In this document: piece after piece, positions 39,211 to 48,493 of the stretch
Layout: each line of letters begins with the position of its first letter
Position numbering within the stretch: position 1 is the first letter of the stretch
NCBI GenBank assembly: GCA_965242725.1
Contig: CBDESZ010000003.1
Location: forward strand, 32,001-96,000
Direction: 5' to 3'
Length of the DNA stretch: 64,000 nt
From: Alkalispirochaeta sp.
GTDB lineage: Bacteria > Spirochaetota > Spirochaetia > DSM-27196 > Alkalispirochaetaceae
Translations under genes and position numbers: made by a program
Notes under the pieces: generated by a model
Databases searched by the model: none
Told to the model about the DNA's origin: nothing
What the model saw: the letters and a program-made list of their open reading frames with translations, nothing else

Positions 39211-39240
39211 AATGAAGTCAGTGGGAGTCAATGGGAGTCC
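39211..39240 (+). repeat. Three 10-bp phased direct repeats
   Basis: AATGAAGTCA / GTGGGAGTCA / ATGGGAGTCC. Confidence 0.6.
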
Positions 39241-39267
39241 GGGGCTGCCGTAGGTCGGGACCATTCG

Positions 39268-39387
39268 GACGTAATGTCTTCGGACATAACGTCATTGGGT
39301 GCCATTGAATGTCGTTACACTCCAGTATTTTGGGGCGCGATGGCGTGCAGAAGATACCGAGTGCAGTCTTCGCCGTGTCGCAATGAC
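39268..39387 (+). other. Candidate structured RNA element
   Basis: cUUCGg hairpin at 39268-39293. Stem 39291-39297/39381-39387 encloses hairpins 39309-39346 and 39347-39373. Confidence 0.3.
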
Positions 39388-39416
39388 CGCAGTTGGTATA
39401 TACTTTTTTCCGTTCT

Positions 39417-41243
39417 ATGTACTTCACCCTTATCGTCCTTGTGGCAATTCTTGCAGCCCTTCTCTTTGATCTGGCGTCGTCGGATATGATCTTTGGCGCG
39501 GCCCTTGTCGTTCTCCTATTTGGCGGAATTATTTCGCCCGATGAGGCGCTGGCGGGTTTTGCCAATAAGGGTATGGTGACGGTGGGGCTTCTTTTTATCG
39601 TCAGTCAGGCGGTTCAGAATACCGGCGTCTTTCAGACCATCGCTGATCGTTTTCTGAAAATGGGTCGGAATCCGGAAGAGGACAATCCGCATGTTGGCGC
39701 GCTCATGTTGCGTATCATGGCACCGGTGACGCTTCTGAGTGCCTTTTTGAACAACACGCCCATCGTTACGATTTTTACTCCCGTCGTTCGGCGGTGGGCA
39801 GTGGGGCGCGGGCTGGCGCCGGGCAAGTTTCTTATTCCCCTGAGTTATGCCGCCATTTTCGGCGGTGTCTGCACCCTCATCGGGACGAGCACCAATCTTG
39901 TTGTCCATGGCCTCGCGTTGGATATGGGGCTTTCGGGGTTCAGCTTTTTTGAACTCGCCAAGGTAGGTTTACCCGTCGCGCTCGCAGGATATGTCTATCT
40001 CTCCCTCGCGGGTCAGCGCCTCCTTCCGGGAAACCGGGATCTCATGGAAAAGGTCGATACCGATCCGCGGGAGTATTTTATCGAAATGGTTGTTGAACCG
40101 GGCGGACCGCTGGCGGGTAAGTCGATTGAAGGAGCCCGATTGCGCAGTCTTACCGGCGTGTACCTGACTGATATTGAGCGGGATTCCCGGCATATCGGTC
40201 CGGTGAGCCCCGATGAGGTGCTGCTGGACGGCGACCGTCTCCTCTTTGTCGGGCAGACGGACGCCGTTTCCTCCGTCGCGGCGATTCCCGGATTGGCTCC
40301 GGCCGACCAGGAACAGCTGGATCGTGACTCCCGCAAGCTTGCCAACCGTCTCGTTGAGGTTGTGGTGAGCCATACGAGTCCCGCCATCGGAAGGACGATA
40401 CGGGAGTTTGATTTTCGCAGTGTCTATAACGCCAGTGTCATTGCCGTGAGCAGGAACGGCGAACGGGTACAGGGTCGCCTCGGGGATATACGTCTTCAGT
40501 CGGGGGACACCCTCGTACTCCTTGCCCAGGCAAGTTTCGGCAGGCGCTGGCGGGACAGCCAGCACTTTTACCTCATCAGCAGGCTCGATCAGCTTACTCC
40601 GGAAGCGCAGGGGAAGGGGTGGCTTGCCCTGTTGGTAGTCGGCGCGATGATTGTTGCAGCCGCGATTGGGGAATACCTGCCGCCCCTGGGCGCGGGCGGC
40701 GGCTCAGACGGTCATCGTATCGATATGTTCTACGCCGCCGCCGGCGCGGCTTTCCTCCTGATGATCGCCCGGGTGATCCGTCCCGCCGCCGCCCGCAACT
40801 CCATCCGCTGGGACGTTCTCATTACGATAGCCGCCGCTTTCGGCGTGAGTAAGGCCCTCTTCAACAGCGGTCTCGCTCAGGCCGTTGCCCACGGCCTCGT
40901 TGAGACGATGAGTCCCTTTGGTGTCCTTGGCGCGTTGGCGGCGGTCTATATTGCGACGACGATTTTTACGGAGATCATTACGAACAACGCTGCGGCGGCG
41001 CTGATGTTTCCCATTGCCGTTGCGACGGCCGAGCGTGCAGGGAGTAACCCCATGGCCTTTCTGGTGGCCGTTGCGATTGCCGCCAGCGCCAGTTTTGCGA
41101 CGCCCATTGGATATCAGACCAACCTGATCGTCCAGGGTGCCGGGGGGTACAAATTTCGGGACTTTCTCCGCGTCGGTCTTCCCCTGAATCTTCTTGTCGG
41201 TGTTATTGCCGTCGTTGCTATTATTTTCTGGTATGATATTTAG
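39417..41243 (+). CDS. SLC13/DASS-family permease with TrkA-C domains (probable sulfate importer)
   Basis: AL.GF.N, SAFLNNTP.V, LIPLSYA...GG..TLIGTSTNL, two RCK_C domains, TE..TNNAAA, F.TPIGYQTN. Upstream of cysQ-D-NC. Confidence 0.85.
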   Translation: MYFTLIVLVAILAALLFDLASSDMIFGAALVVLLFGGIISPDEALAGFANKGMVTVGLLFIVSQAVQNTGVFQTIADRFLKMGRNPEEDNPHVGALMLRIMAPVTLLSAFLNNTPIVTIFTPVVRRWAVGRGLAPGKFLIPLSYAAIFGGVCTLIGTSTNLVVHGLALDMGLSGFSFFELAKVGLPVALAGYVYLSLAGQRLLPGNRDLMEKVDTDPREYFIEMVVEPGGPLAGKSIEGARLRSLTGVYLTDIERDSRHIGPVSPDEVLLDGDRLLFVGQTDAVSSVAAIPGLAPADQEQLDRDSRKLANRLVEVVVSHTSPAIGRTIREFDFRSVYNASVIAVSRNGERVQGRLGDIRLQSGDTLVLLAQASFGRRWRDSQHFYLISRLDQLTPEAQGKGWLALLVVGAMIVAAAIGEYLPPLGAGGGSDGHRIDMFYAAAGAAFLLMIARVIRPAAARNSIRWDVLITIAAAFGVSKALFNSGLAQAVAHGLVETMSPFGVLGALAAVYIATTIFTEIITNNAAAALMFPIAVATAERAGSNPMAFLVAVAIAASASFATPIGYQTNLIVQGAGGYKFRDFLRVGLPLNLLVGVIAVVAIIFWYDI

Positions 41244-43515
41244 AAAACTCCCGCGCCGTTGCGTCGTCGCTGGCGCACTGTTCCTCCTGGTCTGCTCCCC
41301 GTTCCTCGTTTTTGGCCAGACCTGGCACTATCCCGTCATGAAACGTCCCGTTCCGTCACAGGAGCCGGCCGGCGGAGTATCAGCAATACCGGTAGTGCGG
41401 CTCGCCGGAGGCGAGTATGAGATGGCGGTCATGGCGGTTCACCACGATGGTGGGAGTGCACCTGTCGAGCCGAATAACATTGTGCTGGACATCAGCGGTC
41501 TGCCTATGGGATATGAGGTGGCCCTCCATTATCTGCCTCCCTTCGAAGTGGAACGAAAGAGTCGCTGGTTTGATTCCGTGGCGGTGACGGGTACGTGGTT
41601 TGATCCCGTGGTACCCCTCGCCGCTTCGCCTGCAGCCGGGATCGGCGCGGTGGCTCATGACATCTCCTTTCTTCCGCCCCTTGAGGCGGGGCAAAGCGCG
41701 TACTTTCTCCTGGAGCTCCGTGCTCCCCGCGGCGCCGGTCGCCGGGGCGGAACGGTCCGGGCTCAGGTGATTTTCTCCCGTGACGGGGTGGAGTACACGG
41801 ACTCCTTTCCTCCCCTGCGAGTGGTACCCTTCGATTTTGATCTTCCCGAGACACATTCGCTGCCTCTGCTGGCGGGGATTGTCCCGGACGATGTTTTTGA
41901 GTTGCACCGCAGGCGGGGGGTGTCTCCGGAGGCGGAACTGCCGTTGTGGCTGGACTACCTCGCCCTCCTTCGGGAGCACCGCATCGTCCCCTACGATCCC
42001 GCTCCGGCGAAGGAGTTTTCCTGGGACCATTTCGAAACGATTTCTATTCCCCTGTATCGCGGCGACCTGACCTCCGACGGCGTGCCCGCACCGGCGATTC
42101 GTTTTCCCGAGAACCCCTTTCCCGGCGGGACGGCGGAGCGGGTCGACTTTTACCGGGCTGTGGCCGCCCGATTCCGGGAGGAGGGACTTCTGGAGAGGAC
42201 GTTTTACTACGTCTATGATGAGCCCCTTCTGGACATGTATACCGAGCTGATCGCCGATGCGGAGGAGCTGGGCGAGGAGGCGCCGGAGGTGCGACGCCTC
42301 GTCACGGAGTCCTATAACGCACCTCTTTCGGGGCTTGTGGATATCTGGTGTCCCGATATTGCCATGCTCGATCAGCCGGTGCCCTTCTTTCCCCTCTTCG
42401 GGAAAGGGGCGGGACTGCATCCCGACTTTCAGGTGAACCCCCGTCCGGTTGTGTACGCCCGGGAGCGGGCGCAGGGACGGGAAATGTGGCTCTACACATG
42501 CACCTCCGCGCAGTATGCGGACCTTCCCAATCTCTTCATAGACGCGCCGCCTGCGGCGGCGCGCATCATTCCCTGGCTCATCCACCGCTACGACGGGACG
42601 GGCATGGTCTACTATCGCGTTTCCCAGGCGTACAAGGACGAAAATGACCCCTGGTCCAATCAGTACTTTTTTGCCGCCAACGGCGACGGCACCCTCGTCT
42701 ATCCCGGCTATCCCGGCATCCATGGTCTGACGGAGCATCGTGCCGTTGCCTCCCTGCGGATGAAGCTCCTCAGGGACGGCCTGGAGGACTACGAATACCT
42801 CGTCCTTGCCGAAGGTGCCGGAGGTGACGGGGTGGAGCCCGGGGGCGGGCTCGTCACGTCGACAACCCGCTGGAATCACCGCCTCGATGAGATTGTAGCG
42901 GCGCGTGATCGTCTCGCGGAGGTGATTGAAGACGCCGGTGAGATCGCTCCGGCGGCACCCGCCACACCCGTCGCGGAAGAAGGCGACAAAATACAGACTT
43001 TTCATCAGGTATCCCAGCCCGCGGTTGTCGCCGATTACTGGTACATTCCCGAGTTTGCCGCACCGACCGGTCGGGGGGTGACGCTGCTGGCACCGGCGTA
43101 TCGCCACAACCTCGCCTCCGTGCTTGATACAGGGAGACGTTCCGCCACCGCTGCAACGCGGGGACGGTGGGAGGCGTATCTGCAGATCGCCCCCGTCATC
43201 GGCGTCCCCGCGGACCCCGTGATTATCGGCGGATACTCCGCCGTCGGGTGGACCGTCTCCCCTGAGACGGCGCGCCGTCTCGAGAGATCCGTCTTTATTC
43301 CCTACATCGGGCTGGAGGGCGGGATAATCTCACTAGTGACCACATCGGGCGTCGAAACGGGGTACGCCGGAAGCATTCTCGGGGGGATTCACCTCTGGTC
43401 CAATCCGCAAAGCTCCCTTGCCCTTGGCGGTGCGTGGATGCACACAACCACCGACAGCGTCCCCCTGGCGTTTCGGACCACCCTTTCCCTCTCCGTCGTC
43501 CTTGACCGGGAGTAG
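41233..43515 (+). CDS. Exported DUF4091 / GH123-like glycoside hydrolase with C-terminal beta-rich domain
   Basis: Signal peptide, YYVYDEP, W.Y.C, GDG.L.YPG, SLR...LRDG.EDYEYL. The C-terminal ~170 aa are amphipathic strands. Confidence 0.65.
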   Translation: MIFRKLPRRCVVAGALFLLVCSPFLVFGQTWHYPVMKRPVPSQEPAGGVSAIPVVRLAGGEYEMAVMAVHHDGGSAPVEPNNIVLDISGLPMGYEVALHYLPPFEVERKSRWFDSVAVTGTWFDPVVPLAASPAAGIGAVAHDISFLPPLEAGQSAYFLLELRAPRGAGRRGGTVRAQVIFSRDGVEYTDSFPPLRVVPFDFDLPETHSLPLLAGIVPDDVFELHRRRGVSPEAELPLWLDYLALLREHRIVPYDPAPAKEFSWDHFETISIPLYRGDLTSDGVPAPAIRFPENPFPGGTAERVDFYRAVAARFREEGLLERTFYYVYDEPLLDMYTELIADAEELGEEAPEVRRLVTESYNAPLSGLVDIWCPDIAMLDQPVPFFPLFGKGAGLHPDFQVNPRPVVYARERAQGREMWLYTCTSAQYADLPNLFIDAPPAAARIIPWLIHRYDGTGMVYYRVSQAYKDENDPWSNQYFFAANGDGTLVYPGYPGIHGLTEHRAVASLRMKLLRDGLEDYEYLVLAEGAGGDGVEPGGGLVTSTTRWNHRLDEIVAARDRLAEVIEDAGEIAPAAPATPVAEEGDKIQTFHQVSQPAVVADYWYIPEFAAPTGRGVTLLAPAYRHNLASVLDTGRRSATAATRGRWEAYLQIAPVIGVPADPVIIGGYSAVGWTVSPETARRLERSVFIPYIGLEGGIISLVTTSGVETGYAGSILGGIHLWSNPQSSLALGGAWMHTTTDSVPLAFRTTLSLSVVLDRE

Positions 43516-43582
43516 GTGCAACGGCAGGTACAACGGCGAGGGTGGAAGCGTGGGCGTTGTTGTGGCATAGTGTCATGCAATA

Positions 43583-44617
43583 ATGAAGGTATTGCTCACC
43601 GGTGTTGCCGGTTTTATCGGGTTTCACCTCGCCGGGCGTCTTCTCGAGCGGGGCGACGACGTCGTGGGACTGGATAATCTCAATGATTATTACGATGTGG
43701 CGCTGAAAATGGGACGCCTCGCCGAGCTTGGTGTGACCGCTCCATCGGGCGGAGAAATCGCTCCCGGCAGCGAGGTTCCGAGCTCCCGTCACCCCCGGCT
43801 GCGCTTTGTCCGCATGGCGCTGGAGGACCGGGAAGGGCTGAAGGCGCTGCTTCAGCGGGAACGCTTTGACGGGATCGTACACCTCGCCGCCCAGGCGGGC
43901 GTCCGCTACTCTCTCACCAACCCCCACACCTACGTTTCAAGCAACGTGGAGGGCTTCGTGAGCCTCCTTGAGGCGGTACGTTCCACGCCGGTAAGACACC
44001 TTGTCTTTGCCAGCTCCAGTTCTGTATACGGGCTGGAGTCGGAGCAGCCTTTCCGGGAGGATATGGCGGCGGACCGGCCGGTGAGCCTCTATGCGGCGTC
44101 AAAACGGAGCAATGAGCTCATGGCCCACAGTTACGCCCACCTCTACGGTATCCCCGTGACGGGACTGCGCTTCTTTACCGTATACGGCAGCTGGTACCGC
44201 CCCGATATGGCGCTGTACCGCTTTGCCGACGCGATGACCGCGGGGAAGGCGATTCAGGTCTACAACCATGGAAAGATGAAGCGCGACTTTACCTATGTCG
44301 GCGATGTCGCGGAGGGGGTGCTCCGTGTTCTTGACCGTCCGCCCGTTGGCGACGCCGGTACGCAGACTCCTCCGTATCGAATTTTCAACATCGGGAACGG
44401 TGCGCCCGTACCGCTGATGGAACTCATAGAGGCGCTGGAGGCGGAAATGGGCGTGACGGCGAAGAAGGAGATGCTGCCCATGCAGCCCGGAGACGTCACC
44501 GCAACGTGGGCGGATTGCAGTGCCCTTGAAGGGGAGACGGGGTACCGTCCGCACACCGCCGTCCGGGACGGCGTAAGGCGCTTTGTGGAATGGTACCGGA
44601 CGTACCATAAAGGATGA
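43583..44617 (+). CDS. UDP-glucuronate 4-epimerase-like NAD-dependent epimerase
   Basis: TG.AGFIG.H, DNLNDYYD..LK..RL, HLAAQAGVRYS..NP, YAASK, RFFTVYG.W.RPDMA, MQPGDV. Confidence 0.9.
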   Translation: MKVLLTGVAGFIGFHLAGRLLERGDDVVGLDNLNDYYDVALKMGRLAELGVTAPSGGEIAPGSEVPSSRHPRLRFVRMALEDREGLKALLQRERFDGIVHLAAQAGVRYSLTNPHTYVSSNVEGFVSLLEAVRSTPVRHLVFASSSSVYGLESEQPFREDMAADRPVSLYAASKRSNELMAHSYAHLYGIPVTGLRFFTVYGSWYRPDMALYRFADAMTAGKAIQVYNHGKMKRDFTYVGDVAEGVLRVLDRPPVGDAGTQTPPYRIFNIGNGAPVPLMELIEALEAEMGVTAKKEMLPMQPGDVTATWADCSALEGETGYRPHTAVRDGVRRFVEWYRTYHKG

Positions 44618-44626
44618 AAAGAAGAG

Positions 44627-45499
44627 ATGCAGAATACTGTGCAGCAGATGATCCGGGCGGCGCTGGCCGCCGGGGCCGAAGTAATGGATGTCTACGGCGG
44701 CGAGATCGCCGTGGAACACAAGGACGACAAGAGTCCCCTCACCGAGGCGGATCGGCGCAGCCATGAGATGATCGAGACGGTGCTCACGGCGGCGATGAAC
44801 TCGGGATTCATGGAAAAGCTGCCAATTCTCAGTGAAGAGGGTGCCGCCATTCCCTACGCCCGACGCTCGGAATGGGACAAGTATTTTCTCATCGATCCTC
44901 TGGACGGTACCAAGGAGTTTATCAAGCGGAACGGCGAGTTTACGGTGAACGTTGCCCTCATGGAGCGTGATGACGAGGAGCCCGCCGCCTGGAAACCCGT
45001 CGCGGGAGTGGTATATGCCCCCGATCTGGGTGAGCTCTTTGTCGGAAGTCCCGAGGGCGCGTGGTGGTGGGGTGATGTCCGAGGGATATCGGTGCCCTCG
45101 ATGACCGATGCGGAGATGATGCCCCGGGCTTCCCGTTCTTCTGAAGGAAGCGGCAGGCCCTATACCGTTGTGGCGAGTCGCAGCCATATGTCCGCGGAGA
45201 CGGAGGAGTTTGTCGCCGCCCGGAGGCGGGAGTACTCCGACCTGGACCTCATCAGTGCCGGAAGCTCTCTCAAGCTCTGCCGTGTCGCCGACGGGAGCGC
45301 CGACGAGTATCCCCGTTTTGCGCCGACCATGGAGTGGGACACCGCCGCCGGCGACGCTGTGGCCCGCGCCGCCGGTTGTGAAGTTTTGATCTGGGAGGCC
45401 CAACCCGACGCCGCCGCGGCCGGCCCCCGTGGTCCCGTCCGCTACAACAAGGAAAACCTCCTGAACCCGTGGTTCCTGGTCCGCAGGAGCAGCCGGTAG
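44627..45499 (+). CDS. cysQ: 3'(2'),5'-bisphosphate nucleotidase
   Basis: K.D.SP.T.AD, LSEE, IDPLDGTKEF...NGEFTVN.AL, SRSH, GSSLK.C, YPR..PT.EWDTAAG. Confidence 0.93.
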   Translation: MQNTVQQMIRAALAAGAEVMDVYGGEIAVEHKDDKSPLTEADRRSHEMIETVLTAAMNSGFMEKLPILSEEGAAIPYARRSEWDKYFLIDPLDGTKEFIKRNGEFTVNVALMERDDEEPAAWKPVAGVVYAPDLGELFVGSPEGAWWWGDVRGISVPSMTDAEMMPRASRSSEGSGRPYTVVASRSHMSAETEEFVAARRREYSDLDLISAGSSLKLCRVADGSADEYPRFAPTMEWDTAAGDAVARAAGCEVLIWEAQPDAAAAGPRGPVRYNKENLLNPWFLVRRSSR

Positions 45500-45501
45500 T
45501 T

Positions 45502-45591
45502 CGACGCGTTCCTCGGACTTCGTCCTCCGGTACGCATCGTTACAAAGGCGGGCTGAAGCCCGCTATAGAGGGGGCGACGCCGTCCATGGCG
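45502..45591. repeat. Three-hairpin REP-like intergenic element
   Basis: Imperfect hairpin 45502-45539 (core GGAC-TTC-GTCC), GCGGGC-TGAA-GCCCGC at 45548-45563, CGCCG-TCCA-TGGCG at 45578-45591. Confidence 0.45.
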
Positions 45592-45626
45592 CTTGCGTTC
45601 AATTTTCAATAAGATATGGAGTTATT

Positions 45627-46541
45627 ATGACTGCTACCGAACGACATTTTATGAACACCCTGGATCAGCTGGAGAGTGAAGCGATATACGTGATCCGCGA
45701 GGTGGCTGCCCAGTTTGAGCGGCCGGTGATGCTTTTTTCCGGGGGGAAAGATTCGATTTTAATGAGTTATCTCGCCTATAAGGCGTTCTATCCCGGGAAG
45801 ATTCCCTTTCCCCTGATGCATATCGATACGGGGCACAATTTTGACGAGACCCTGGAGTTCAGGGACTGGTGGATGAAGGAGATCGGGGCCAACCTGATCG
45901 TCCGTACCGTGGAGGAGTCCATCAAGAAGGGGCGCGTCAAGGAGGAGGAGGGGCCCAATCCGAGCCGCAACTCCCTGCAGACGGTGACCCTTCTGGACGC
46001 TCTGGCGGAGTTCAAGTTCAACTGCGCCATGGGCGGCGCCCGGCGGGATGAGGAGAAGGCGCGCGCCAAGGAGCGATTTTTCAGTTTCCGCGACCGTTTT
46101 GGCCAGTGGGACCCCAAGAATCAGCGACCGGAGCTCTGGAATATCTTCAACGGCCTTCACCGCCCCGGCGAACACCTGCGGGCCTTTCCCATTTCCAACT
46201 GGACGGAGCTGGATGTGTGGCAGTACATCGAGCGGGAGAAGGTACCCATGCCAAATCTCTATTACACCCATGAACGGGAGATTGTAGAACGGGACGGCGT
46301 CATCCTGGCGGTGGGTCCCTACAACCAGCCGCTGGACGGGGAAGAGGTGAAGTCGATTAAGGTGCGCTTCCGCACGATCGGCGATATGACCTGCACCGGC
46401 GCCACCGTGAGCAGCGCCCATGACATTCACGATATCGTCAATGAGGTGGCGGCTACGCGGGTGACGGAACGGGGCGGCCGCGCCGACGACAAGCGAAGCG
46501 AGGCGGCCATGGAAGACCGGAAAAAGCAGGGGTATTTCTAA
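45627..46541 (+). CDS. cysD: Sulfate adenylyltransferase subunit 2
   Basis: LE.EAI..IREV, FSGGKDS, H.DTGHNF, GGARRDEEKARAKER, WDPKNQRPELW, MEDRK..GYF. Confidence 0.95.
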   Translation: MTATERHFMNTLDQLESEAIYVIREVAAQFERPVMLFSGGKDSILMSYLAYKAFYPGKIPFPLMHIDTGHNFDETLEFRDWWMKEIGANLIVRTVEESIKKGRVKEEEGPNPSRNSLQTVTLLDALAEFKFNCAMGGARRDEEKARAKERFFSFRDRFGQWDPKNQRPELWNIFNGLHRPGEHLRAFPISNWTELDVWQYIEREKVPMPNLYYTHEREIVERDGVILAVGPYNQPLDGEEVKSIKVRFRTIGDMTCTGATVSSAHDIHDIVNEVAATRVTERGGRADDKRSEAAMEDRKKQGYF

Positions 46542-48493
46542 TGAGCACGAAGACTGACGCCAAAACAATTGTACAGGAACGGGATCTCCTGCGGTTTACC
46601 ACCGCCGGGAGCGTTGACGACGGGAAGAGTACCCTCATCGGACGGATGCTCTTTGACTCAAAGCAGATTTTTCAGGACCAGATGGACCAGCTTGAGAGCG
46701 CCAGCAGGCTCAGGGGTGAGGAGAACGTCAACCTGGCGCTCCTCACCGACGGTCTGCGAAGCGAGCGGGAGCAGGGTATCACCATCGATGTGGCGTACCG
46801 CTACTTTTCCACGCCGAAGCGGAAGTTCATTATCGCCGATACGCCCGGCCACGAGCAGTATACCCGGAACATGGTTACCGGCGCCTCCACGGCGGATCTG
46901 GCCATCGTCCTCATTGACGCCCGGAACGGCGTGCTCACCCAGAGCAAGCGTCACGGCATCATCGCCTCCCTGCTTGGAATCCCCCACGTGGTGGTGGCGG
47001 TGAACAAGATGGACCTGGTGGACTACTCCCAGGAGCGCTATGAGGAAATCCGCAGCGAGTACCAGGACTTTGCCCGGAAACTCTCAATCAATGACATCGA
47101 ATTCATTCCCGTCAGCGCCCTTGTGGGCGACAATGTGGTGGACAAGAGCGACAGGATGCCCTGGTACGAGGGACCGCCGCTGCTGCAGTTTCTGGAGACG
47201 GTGACCATTTCCGGTGACCGCAATCTCGTGGACTTTCGCTTTCCCGTGCAGTACGTCGTGCGGCCGCATCAGGATTTTCGCGGTTTTTCCGGCAGGATTG
47301 CCAGCGGCAGCATCCGGGTTGGCGAGGAGATTGTCGTCCTGCCAAGCCGCCAGCGAAGCAAAGTGAAGGGTATTCACTTCTTCAAGGACGAGCTTGAGGA
47401 GGCATTTGCCGGGCAGAGCGTCATTCTCACCCTCGAAGATGAAATAGACATCAGCCGGGGCGATATGATCGTCCGAAGTCACAACATTCCCGAGGTGGCC
47501 ACCGAGTTTGACGCGGTCCTCACCTGGATGGATGACCAGCACGATCTTGACCAGGGGACGCAGTACGTCCTCCAGCATACATCCCGTCTCACCAAGGCGT
47601 ACGTGGATGATCTGGTCTACCGAATTGACGTGAACACCCTCCACCGGGAAGACGCCGACACCCTGCGGCTCAATGAAATCGGACGGGTGAAGATCACCAG
47701 CGCCAACCCAATCTTCTACGACCCCTACGATCGGAACCGCAATACCGGCGGATTTGTCATTATCGATCCCCACGATTTCCGGACCGTCGGGGCGGGGATG
47801 ATCCGCCACGCCAGCGCGGGAACGATGGAGGAACTGCGGAAGGAGCAGCGCCGGGAGCGGCTGGAGGCCGCCAAAGCCGGACGCGGCGGTGAGGCTGCGA
47901 GCGCGGGAGCGCCGGCGTCCACAAACATCTTCTGGGACCCCGGATACGTGGGACTGGAAGACCGGGTCCGTCGCAACGGCCACGAACCGAAGGTGATCTG
48001 GTTTACCGGAATTTCCGGCAGCGGCAAGAGCACCATCGCCAAGGATCTGGAGAAGAAGCTCTTTGATGCCGGTAAAAGCGCGGTGCGACTGGACGGCGAC
48101 AACGTCCGCCACGGCCTTAACGCGGACCTCGCTTTCAGCAGGGAGGACCGGCGGGAGAACATCCGTCGGGTCGGCCACCTGGCGCGGCAGCTCTATGACT
48201 TCGGCCACATCGTGCTCTGCACCTTCGTGAGCCCCTACGCGGAGGATCGCGACGAGGTGCGCGCCCTCTTTCCTGAAGGTGACTTTGTTGAAGTCTTTGT
48301 AAAGGTAGATCTGGAAGAGGCGCGCCGGCGGGATCCCAAAGGCCTTTATGAGAAGGTGGATAACGGGGAGATCCGCGGGTTTACCGGCGTGGACGCGCCC
48401 TTTGAAGAACCGACGGCGGCGGAAGTGGTTATCGATACCGTTGCGACCAGCGTGGACGATGCGGTTGAGCAGCTCGTGAAGGTGGTAGGATGA
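46541..48493 (+). CDS. cysNC: Bifunctional sulfate adenylyltransferase subunit 1 / APS kinase (NodQ-like)
   Basis: GSVDDGKST, EREQGITIDVAY, DTPGHEQY, NKMD. C-terminal [30 protein letters not shown]. Confidence 0.95.
   Translation: MSTKTDAKTIVQERDLLRFTTAGSVDDGKSTLIGRMLFDSKQIFQDQMDQLESASRLRGEENVNLALLTDGLRSEREQGITIDVAYRYFSTPKRKFIIADTPGHEQYTRNMVTGASTADLAIVLIDARNGVLTQSKRHGIIASLLGIPHVVVAVNKMDLVDYSQERYEEIRSEYQDFARKLSINDIEFIPVSALVGDNVVDKSDRMPWYEGPPLLQFLETVTISGDRNLVDFRFPVQYVVRPHQDFRGFSGRIASGSIRVGEEIVVLPSRQRSKVKGIHFFKDELEEAFAGQSVILTLEDEIDISRGDMIVRSHNIPEVATEFDAVLTWMDDQHDLDQGTQYVLQHTSRLTKAYVDDLVYRIDVNTLHREDADTLRLNEIGRVKITSANPIFYDPYDRNRNTGGFVIIDPHDFRTVGAGMIRHASAGTMEELRKEQRRERLEAAKAGRGGEAASAGAPASTNIFWDPGYVGLEDRVRRNGHEPKVIWFTGISGSGKSTIAKDLEKKLFDAGKSAVRLDGDNVRHGLNADLAFSREDRRENIRRVGHLARQLYDFGHIVLCTFVSPYAEDRDEVRALFPEGDFVEVFVKVDLEEARRRDPKGLYEKVDNGEIRGFTGVDAPFEEPTAAEVVIDTVATSVDDAVEQLVKVVG

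Noticed and set aside
39134..39293. CRISPR array or type III TA antitoxin repeats
   Set aside because: Units are contiguous 17-, 10- and 15-mers without unique spacers and are shorter than type III RNA repeats. No cas or ToxN-like gene is nearby.
44627..48493. Sulfur-based DNA modification (Dnd/Ssp) defence system suggested by PAPS-related and ParB-like genes
   Set aside because: These are canonical CysQ/CysD/CysNC with sulfotransferases and GTs. No cysteine desulfurase, DndD-like ATPase or restriction genes are present.
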